From Microbacterium sp. T32 (GTDB lineage: Bacteria > Actinomycetota > Actinomycetes > Actinomycetales > Microbacteriaceae), in NCBI RefSeq assembly GCF_001619615.1, contig NZ_LQQP01000011.1:85783-109782 (forward strand): a stretch of DNA of 24,000 nt. Reading direction: 5' to 3'. Shown piece by piece: positions 1-5,473 of the stretch. Numbering within the stretch: position 1 is the stretch's first letter; every line of letters begins with the position of its first letter. The position numbers and the translations under genes are program-made. The notes under the pieces are model-generated. The model was not told the origin of the DNA. It ran no database searches and was given only the letters and a program-made list of their open reading frames with translations.

Positions 1-706
1 CCCACAGCCTGAGCATGAGCCGGTTGCCCAGCGTTTCGACGCTGTCCGGGCTCGCGCCGCCGACGAGTCGAACCGAGAACTTCGGCCACAGCTCACCGCG
101 CCACTGCACCGTCAGCGACGTCTCCCTCTCGTCGTATGCCAGCCCAAGAGGCATCCCGCACCGCAGGCGAATCCGCGCACCGTCCTCCGCCACGCTCCAC
201 GACAGCGGACGCACCGTCCGCTCATCCCCGGAGAGCACCTCCACGACGGGTTCGCGCATGACAGCGACGGCCGGATGGTGGGCGTGAAAGGCGACGGTGA
301 CTCCGTCTCGCTCTGCGATGAGGATCGCGGTGAACTCCGGCACCGCTTCGATCGTCCAGTTCGTGGTGATGAGTCTCGCGAGCGCTTCCAGTCCTTCGTC
401 GCTCAATCTCCGCGCCTGACGCTGGTCCACGGACAGTTGCTGTCCGGCCTCGGTCAAGCGGTGCAAGTGCGTGTCACCGTCGCTGGAGAACCCCAGCGAC
501 GCTGCGGCCGCCGTGATGGAGCGCTCGTCCGACCCGTCCAGCAGGTGGTGAGACAGCCGCGTGTAGGCGAGGAACGGATCACCGGCTCCGAGCAGCTCGC
601 ACAGCGTCGGCGCCAGGCTCAGCGCGTCGACGGTGACGGCTCCACTGCGTTTGCGGAGTCGCTTCAACTCGTCCAGGACGAGCGCTCGGATCGAGTCATC
701 GCTCAC
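1..706 (-). CDS. hypothetical protein, N-terminal 235 codons only; the gene runs off the left edge of the window
   Basis: It is not in the ORF track because it lacks a stop in the window. My hand translation of the minus strand from GTG (706..704) gives an uninterrupted frame to position 2: VSDDSIRALVLDELKRLRKRSGAVTVDAL...LTVQWRGELWPKFSVRLVGG. The plus-strand ORF 275..739 has the R/G/D/E/V-rich look of an antisense frame. A GGAAAG RBS-like element lies 8 nt upstream of the GTG. I do not recognise a family. Confidence 0.55.
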   Translation of the reverse strand, partial: MSDDSIRALVLDELKRLRKRSGAVTVDALSLAPTLCELLGAGDPFLAYTRLSHHLLDGSDERSITAAAASLGFSSDGDTHLHRLTEAGQQLSVDQRQARRLSDEGLEALARLITTNWTIEAVPEFTAILIAERDGVTVAFHAHHPAVAVMREPVVEVLSGDERTVRPLSWSVAEDGARIRLRCGMPLGLAYDERETSLTVQWRGELWPKFSVRLVGGASPDSVETLGNRLMLRLW

Positions 707-847
707 GGTCGACCACTTTCCTGCCTCTCGGGCGGGTGATGACGATCGAACAGATCGATCGCACCACAACCGGAAGGATACTCACGGCCACCATCGAGCG
801 CCGTCACGGGACCTTTCGCCCGCACCATCAGGGCAACGACGAGCAAC

Positions 848-873
848 GGCGCCTCTCCCGAGGGAGAGACGCC
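848..873 (-). terminator. GC-rich hairpin immediately downstream of tRNA-Ala
   Basis: ggcgcctctccc/gggagagacgcc inverted repeat (11 of 12 positions pair). It starts 10 nt past the tRNA 3' end on the minus strand. Confidence 0.4.
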
Positions 874-882
874 GTTACGAGG

Positions 883-958
883 TGGTGGACCTGAGGGGAT
901 TCGAACCCCTGACCTCCTCGATGCGAACGAGGCGCGCTACCAACTGCGCCACAGGCCC
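883..958 (-). tRNA. tRNA-Ala (anticodon CGC), CCA encoded
   Basis: The reverse complement folds by hand as GGGCCTG TG GCGC AGTTGGTA GCGC G CCTCG TTCGCAT CGAGG AGGTC AGGGG TTCGAAT CCCCT CAGGTCC A CCA. It has the G3:U70 alanine identity pair and a T-loop TTCGAAT. Confidence 0.95.
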
Positions 959-1036
959 GGACAACTCGACAACACTATCACGCGCCCCTCGCCCCGACCG
1001 ACCCGGCCGAGCGCCCGGGCGTGCCGCGCGAGAGTC

Positions 1037-2083
1037 CTACTGACCCGACGCGCGGCGCTCGAGGAGCTGACGCACGTGGTCCTCGATCTCGGCGTCGTCG
1101 ACGTAGCCCATCGACGCGTACGGCGAGACGGCGGCCGGCCGTGCGACCTCGATCGGCGTCGGCGCCTGCGCGGCGGCGATCTCGCGGGCGACCTGTTCGC
1201 GAGCGGCCGCGCGCAGGGCCTCGCGGGCGAGCTGCTCATCGACGGTCGCCGCGGCGCGCGAACCCGCCGACGCGACGAGCGGACGCGGCAGCTCGCGCGG
1301 CGTCCACGTCGGACGCGGCGCGGGTGCGGCCGCACCGAAGTCCTGCACCTCGACCGCGGCACGCTGCACCACCGTCGCCACGGGACGCGCCGTCGCGCGG
1401 GCTGCGACGCGCGAGAGGCGCTGCAGCACGACGAGAGCGAGAACGACCGCCACTCCCCCGACGACGAGCAGCAAGGGTGCCGCGCCGAACGACACCTGGA
1501 TGCCACCGGCCACCGCCGCGACGATCCCGAGGCCCGCGAACACGGTGGTCGCCAGGCGGAAACGCCGACGCGCCCGGGCACGGCGCAACTCCGGTCGCGC
1601 GACCGCGGCCGCACGCTCGGCGTGCGCCCGCTCGACGGCGGCGGCCTGCTCGGCACGCGTCTTCTCGAGGGCCGCTGCCCGCTCGGCCTTGGCGACCTCG
1701 ACGGCGGCGGCGCGCTCCGCGCGGGCGAGCTCGATCGCGGCGGCCCGCTGTTCCTTCACGAGATCGCGGTCACGGGCGGCTTCCAGGCGCGCGACGTCGA
1801 GCCGGGCCTTGGCCTCGGCGAGGTCGGCCTGCGCCTTCTGCGCCTGGACCTGACGCGCGATCTTCTGCTGCTGGTGCGCGGTGCGAGCAGTGAGTTCGAG
1901 GTGGACTTCCCGCGGCGTCTCGGCGGTTTCCGCGAGAACGCGCAGCGCCTGGTTGAGTCGCACGGCGTTGCGCTCGGCCGACGTGAACCGGTGCCGGCTC
2001 TGCCACGACGGCAGGAGGTACACCAACCACAGCGCGACCGAGACGAAGACGATCACCCCGCCGCCGAGAACCTGTCCACCCAT
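1037..2083 (-). CDS. membrane protein with a central Ala/Arg/Glu-rich coiled-coil region and 11-residue repeats (conserved hypothetical)
   Basis: This is the C-terminal 348 codons of ORF 1037..2554. It starts at MGGQVLGGGVIVFVSVALWLVYLLPSW (predicted TM helix). A second hydrophobic block is ATTVFAGLGIVAAVAGG...VVLALVVL. The upstream 470 nt of the ORF overlap the GNAT gene and look non-coding. The start is uncertain (ATG 2083 or GTG 2101) and there is no clear RBS. Its position next to rimJ mirrors a transmembrane protein gene beside rimJ in M. tuberculosis. Confidence 0.7.
   Translation of the reverse strand: MGGQVLGGGVIVFVSVALWLVYLLPSWQSRHRFTSAERNAVRLNQALRVLAETAETPREVHLELTARTAHQQQKIARQVQAQKAQADLAEAKARLDVARLEAARDRDLVKEQRAAAIELARAERAAAVEVAKAERAAALEKTRAEQAAAVERAHAERAAAVARPELRRARARRRFRLATTVFAGLGIVAAVAGGIQVSFGAAPLLLVVGGVAVVLALVVLQRLSRVAARATARPVATVVQRAAVEVQDFGAAAPAPRPTWTPRELPRPLVASAGSRAAATVDEQLAREALRAAAREQVAREIAAAQAPTPIEVARPAAVSPYASMGYVDDAEIEDHVRQLLERRASGQ
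1600..1764 (-). repeat. about five imperfect tandem 33-bp units encoding 11-residue repeats (ARAERAAAVEV / AKAERAAALEK / TRAEQAAAVER / AHAERAAAVAR)
   Basis: Plus-strand units begin cgaNNgcggc at 1600, 1633, 1666, 1699 and 1732. I read the periodicity directly from the DNA and the translated protein. Confidence 0.6.
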
Positions 2084-2189
2084 GGCACCACGGTAGGTCA
2101 CGCCGAGGTCACAGCTCGGCATCCGTCCGCGTGTCGCCCCGCGAGGCGCGAGACATCGGACGCGGGCCGTGCCCCCGGAGTGCGGCCGG

Positions 2190-2813
2190 CTACAGCCGGT
2201 CGGCGGGCGGGATGGATGCCGCGTCCGGCGGGACCTGACCGCGATCCCACCGGTCGAGGACGCCGTACGGCACCTCTTCGCGCACCAGAGCGAAGGAGTA
2301 GTGATCGCGCCAGTCGCCGTCGATGTGGATGTAGCGGCGACGGAGCCCCTCGTACCGGAACCCGAGCTTCTCGACCACGCGGAGGCTCGCGTGGTTCTCC
2401 GGCCGGATGCAGATCTCGACGCGGTGCAGGTTGAGCTCGGTGAAGCAGACGTCGGTCGCCATGGCGACGCTGATCGTTGTGATGTTGCGACCCGCGTACT
2501 CCTCGGCGACCCAGTATCCGATGGTCGCGGACGCCAGTGAGCCCCGCGAGACACCCCACACGTTGAGCTGACCGGCGACCTCGTCGTTCCACTCCATGAC
2601 GAAGGGGACGCCGAGGCCGTCGCGATACTGCTGCAGGAGACGGCGGATGCCGAGCCGCATGTCGAAGGAGACGGGCCCGTCCGGGCTCGTCGCCTCCCAC
2701 GGTCGCAACCACGAGCGGTTGTCGATCAGCTCCTGCTGGAGGACGCGCGCGTCGCGATTGCGGATGAGACGGATCGACACCTCGCCGTGCCGTCGTGGGA
2801 CGGAGAGATCCAT
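2190..2813 (-). CDS. rimJ: GNAT-family N-acetyltransferase, RimJ/RimL-like (ribosomal-protein N-acetyltransferase type)
   Basis: The sequence NRSWLRPWEAT...IGYWVAEEYAGRNITT...LHRVEICIRPENHASLRVVEKLGFRYEGLRRRYIHIDGDWRDHYSFALVREE is typical of the Acetyltransf_3/RimJ family. I chose the start at ATG 2813 (MDLSVPRRHG) because the longer ORF start at 2858 would overlap the galU 3' end by 31 nt. Synteny with galU matches M. tuberculosis rimJ. Confidence 0.8.
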   Translation of the reverse strand: MDLSVPRRHGEVSIRLIRNRDARVLQQELIDNRSWLRPWEATSPDGPVSFDMRLGIRRLLQQYRDGLGVPFVMEWNDEVAGQLNVWGVSRGSLASATIGYWVAEEYAGRNITTISVAMATDVCFTELNLHRVEICIRPENHASLRVVEKLGFRYEGLRRRYIHIDGDWRDHYSFALVREEVPYGVLDRWDRGQVPPDAASIPPADRL

Positions 2814-2827
2814 GGCATCCCGTCGGG

Positions 2828-3724
2828 TCAGAGACCCGCCGCGAACTCCTTGAACCACGGACGGAGGGCCGGGCCCAGGTCTTCGCGGTCGGAGGCGAGC
2901 TGCACGATGGCCTTGATGTAGTCGACACGGTCGCCGGTGTCGTAGCGGCGGCCGCGGAAGATGACGCCGTACACGCCGCCGCCGTCGCCGCCGCCGTTCG
3001 CGAGTTCCTCGAGCGCGTCGGTCAGCTGGATCTCGCCGCCCTTGCCGGGCTGGGTGTGCTCCAGGATGCCGAACACGTCGGGGCCGAGAACGTAGCGGCC
3101 GATGATGGCGAGGTTCGAGGGGGCGTCCTCGGCCTTGGGCTTCTCGACGAGCTGGGTCACCTTGACCACGCCCTCGTCCTCCGTCGGCTCGACCGCGGCG
3201 ACACCGTAAAGGTGGATGTGCGCGGGGTCGACCTCCATCAGGGCGATGACCGTCGCGTTGCGCTTGGTGTACTCCGCGAGCATCTGCTCGAGCAGCGGGT
3301 CGCGCTCGTCGATGAGATCGTCGCCGAGGAGAACGGCGAACGGGTGGTCGCCGACGTGGCTGCGCGCGCGGAGCACCGCGTGCCCGAGCCCCTTCGGCTC
3401 GCCCTGGCGCACCATGTGCACGTCGGCGAGGTCAGACGAGTGCTCGACCTTGGCGAGCTTGTCGTGGTCGCCCTTCTCGCGCAGCTTCGTCTCGAGCTCA
3501 GGCATCGAGTCGAAGTGGTTGGCGATGTTGTTCTTGTTGCGTCCGATGATGATGAGGACGTCGCTGATTCCGGCCGCAGTCGCTTCCTCGACCACGTATT
3601 GGATCGCGGGCTTGTCGACGACCGGAAGCATCTCCTTCGGCATGGCCTTCGTGGCGGGAAGGAAGCGAGTACCGAGTCCAGCGGCCGGGATCACGGCCTT
3701 GAAGGGCTTGTTAGGCATGCGCAT
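2828..3724 (-). CDS. galU: UTP--glucose-1-phosphate uridylyltransferase
   Basis: KAVIPAAGLGTRFLPATKAMPKEMLPVVDKPAIQYVVEEA and later LVEKP are hallmark GalU motifs. The length of 298 aa fits. An alternative leaderless start at ATG 3718 is possible (see the -10 feature). Confidence 0.95.
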   Translation of the reverse strand: MRMPNKPFKAVIPAAGLGTRFLPATKAMPKEMLPVVDKPAIQYVVEEATAAGISDVLIIIGRNKNNIANHFDSMPELETKLREKGDHDKLAKVEHSSDLADVHMVRQGEPKGLGHAVLRARSHVGDHPFAVLLGDDLIDERDPLLEQMLAEYTKRNATVIALMEVDPAHIHLYGVAAVEPTEDEGVVKVTQLVEKPKAEDAPSNLAIIGRYVLGPDVFGILEHTQPGKGGEIQLTDALEELANGGGDGGGVYGVIFRGRRYDTGDRVDYIKAIVQLASDREDLGPALRPWFKEFAAGL

Positions 3725-3730
3725 ACCCTA
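3725..3730 (-). promoter_or_regulatory. candidate -10 hexamer TAGGGT for galU (leaderless transcript starting at ATG 3718)
   Basis: On the minus strand the sequence reads TAGGGT-atgcgc-ATG. This is a TANNNT hexamer 6 nt upstream of the second ATG. It is a hand-found motif only. Confidence 0.3.
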
Positions 3731-3772
3731 CTGGTGCCATGCGACAGCGCTGTTACCAATTGCGCACCCCCG

Positions 3773-3778
3773 TACACT
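3773..3778 (+). promoter_or_regulatory. candidate -10 hexamer TACACT for the 5-formyl-THF cyclo-ligase gene (leaderless)
   Basis: The sequence reads TACACT-tggggc-ATG(3785) with no Shine-Dalgarno between. It lies in the locally AT-richer divergent intergenic region 3725..3784. Confidence 0.35.
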
Positions 3779-3784
3779 TGGGGC

Positions 3785-4381
3785 ATGCCCGACAGCATCG
3801 AGCAGGCGAAACGCGCACTCCGCGCCGACCTGCGCGAACGACGCCAGACCGTCTCCGCACACGGGCGCGAAGTCGCCGAGGCCGGCGTCAAGGAGCAGCT
3901 CGACGCCCTCGTCGACCGCCTCGGCGCCCGCAGCATCTCCTGCTTCCTGTCGACGACCACCGAACCGGGTACGCACGCGTTCGTCGCCGGGGCGGTGGCA
4001 CGTGGCATCCGGGTCCTCCTTCCCATCACACGCGAGGACGGTCTGCTCGACTGGTCGGTGGCGACTCCGGATGCCGAGATCGCCGAGGGTCTGTTCGGGT
4101 TGCCGGAGCCGGTCGGCGACGTGCTCGGGCCTATGGCGGTCGACGACGTCGATCTGCTCGTCGTCCCCGCGGCCGCGGTGGACCGGAGCGGAATGCGTCT
4201 CGGCTGGGGTCGCGGCTATTTCGACAAGACCCTCGGGTCCATCGAGAAGTGCCCGCCCGTCTACGCCGTCATCTTCGATTCCGAGTTCGTCGACGACGTG
4301 CCGCGCGACGTGCACGACCAGCCGGTCTCGGGCATCGTCACCCCCACGCGCACGGTCACCCTCGACCGCTCTCACGCCTGA
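3785..4381 (+). CDS. 5-formyltetrahydrofolate cyclo-ligase (MTHFS family)
   Basis: The 198-aa product contains LLPITREDG..., VDLLVVPAAAVDRSGMRLGWGRGYFDKTL and DVHDQPV, characteristic of MTHFS. It is the 3' part of ORF 2795..4381, whose upstream part is antisense to galU. It is divergent from galU, as in mycobacteria. Confidence 0.9.
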   Translation: MPDSIEQAKRALRADLRERRQTVSAHGREVAEAGVKEQLDALVDRLGARSISCFLSTTTEPGTHAFVAGAVARGIRVLLPITREDGLLDWSVATPDAEIAEGLFGLPEPVGDVLGPMAVDDVDLLVVPAAAVDRSGMRLGWGRGYFDKTLGSIEKCPPVYAVIFDSEFVDDVPRDVHDQPVSGIVTPTRTVTLDRSHA

Positions 4382-4398
4382 ACACCGAAGGAAACCGA

Positions 4399-4677
4399 AT
4401 GCCCACCTACGCCTACGCCTGCAAGCAGTGCGGCCACCGCTTCGACGCGGTGCAGTCCTTCTCGGATGCCGCTCTCACCGACTGCCCCGTGTGCGGCGGT
4501 GAACTGCGCAAGCAGTACGGCTCGATCGGTGTGACCTTCAACGGCTCCGGCTTCTACCGCACGGATTCGCGCGGATCGAATGGGGCGTCGTCCGGCGCGG
4601 CATCCGGAACCACGGGCGGATCTTCGACATCATCGTCGTCTGAGTCGACGAAGACCGCGTCCACCCCGGCATCCTGA
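4399..4677 (+). CDS. FmdB-family zinc-ribbon protein with a Ser/Gly/Thr-rich tail (Rv0991c-like)
   Basis: MPTYAYACKQCGHRFDAVQSFSDAALTDCPVCGGELRKQYG carries the CxxC...CxxC zinc ribbon, followed by a low-complexity S/G/T tail. A GAAGGAA RBS lies 5 nt upstream of the ATG. Its position between MTHFS and mscL is conserved synteny. Confidence 0.85.
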   Translation: MPTYAYACKQCGHRFDAVQSFSDAALTDCPVCGGELRKQYGSIGVTFNGSGFYRTDSRGSNGASSGAASGTTGGSSTSSSSESTKTASTPAS

Positions 4678-4720
4678 CCCTCGCCGACCCTGCGGACGCG
4701 GCCGGAAGGGGAGCCTCGTC

Positions 4721-5137
4721 ATGATCAAGGGATTCAAGGAGTTCATTCTCCGCGGAAACGTCATCGACCTCGCCGTCGCGGTGGTCATCGGCGCCGCGTT
4801 CACCGCGGTGGTCAACGCCATCGTCAGCGCAATCATCAATCCGCTCATCGAGGTGTTCTACGTGCCGAACGCGAACGGCGACTTCGGTCCGGAGATCACC
4901 GGGCTCTACGGGCAGACGGTGGTCTTCCCGCTCGGCTCGCTCCTCACCGCGGTCATCAGCTTCTTCGCCGTCGCGCTGGTGGTCTACTTCGTCTTCGTCT
5001 TCCCGATGAACCGGTGGAAGGCGCGTGCCGCGGTGCGGGCGGGCGTGGTCGAGCAGACCGATGAGCCGAAACTCCCGACCGAGCAGGAGCTGCTCGTGCA
5101 GATCCGCGACCTGCTGGAGCGCCAGCCGCGCGGCTGA
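4721..5137 (+). CDS. mscL: large-conductance mechanosensitive channel
   Basis: MIKGFKEFILRGNVIDLAVAVVIGAAFTAVVNAIVSAIINPLI is the canonical MscL N-terminus and TM1. A second TM follows (LLTAVISFFAVALVVYFVFVFPMN). A GGAAGGGGAG RBS precedes the ATG. The product is 138 aa. Confidence 0.95.
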   Translation: MIKGFKEFILRGNVIDLAVAVVIGAAFTAVVNAIVSAIINPLIEVFYVPNANGDFGPEITGLYGQTVVFPLGSLLTAVISFFAVALVVYFVFVFPMNRWKARAAVRAGVVEQTDEPKLPTEQELLVQIRDLLERQPRG

Positions 5138-5153
5138 GCCGCCCCACCTCCAC

Positions 5154-5220
5154 CGAGAAACGCTTCTCGCGGGAGGAAACGGCCCGTCGCGCCGTTTCGC
5201 ACCGTGGGAAGCGTTTCTCG
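5154..5220. terminator. 67-nt nested palindrome between convergent mscL and the helicase operon; likely a bidirectional terminator or repeat element
   Basis: The outer 13-bp perfect arms are cgagaaacgcttc (5154-5166) and gaagcgtttctcg (5208-5220). The inner 8-bp arms are gaaacggc (5176-5183) and gccgtttc (5191-5198) with a 7-nt loop. The 9-nt internal segments can partly pair. Confidence 0.5.
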
Positions 5221-5242
5221 CGTATCGGGGGCGACGCGGGCG

Positions 5243-5473
5243 TCAGTAGTGCGGCGGAACGTCGCGCAGGAGCTGCGCGTCGTTGGGACCGGATGCCGCG
5301 GGTGCCGACGGGCGCTCCCGCGTGCGGTCGTCCGCGGGTGCGGGTTCCGCGCTCGTCCCGGGTGCCGGGAGCAGCCGCGCGCGCCGGGCGCCGCGGACGC
5401 GGACGATCGGTTGGCGCTCGCTCGCCGAGACAGCGGGATCGGTGGCATCCGGGGTCGGGGCCACCGCGCTCAC
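5243..5473 (-). CDS. small Pro/Ala-rich hypothetical protein (76 aa) translationally coupled to the upstream helicase-like gene
   Basis: The GTG start (5473..5471) overlaps the helicase TGA stop (5472..5470) as GTGA. By hand count, 65 of 76 codons end in G/C, the coding-type GC3 pattern. The product is VSAVAPTPDATDP...SGPNDAQLLRDVPPHY. It is the 3' tail of the spurious-looking ORF 5243..6394. I am confident of no family assignment. Confidence 0.45.
   Translation of the reverse strand: MSAVAPTPDATDPAVSASERQPIVRVRGARRARLLPAPGTSAEPAPADDRTRERPSAPAASGPNDAQLLRDVPPHY

Noticed and set aside
745-765. cgatcgaacagatcgatcg, which contains a TCGAAC half-site and could look like an SOS box
   Set aside because: The second half (CGATCG) does not match GTTCGA, so only one half-site is present.
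2095-2112. Direct repeat AGGTCAC-N4-AGGTCAC just upstream of the membrane-protein start
   Set aside because: It is a short 7-mer pair that may lie inside the coding region if GTG 2101 is the start. There is no second line of evidence for an operator.
937-2554. Arg/Pro/Ser-rich ORFs (937..1656 -, 1021..1893 +, 1076..2434 +, 1500..1853 +) and the 5' extension (2084..2554) of the membrane-protein ORF
   Set aside because: These are off-frame or antisense readings of the GC-rich repeat-containing gene. One crosses tRNA-Ala, and the extension overlaps the GNAT gene. Their compositions are typical of non-coding frames.
2795-3784. N-terminal 330 codons of ORF 2795..4381 fused in frame to the MTHFS gene
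   Set aside because: This part is antisense to galU. The MTHFS homology begins at ATG 3785, just after the divergent promoter.
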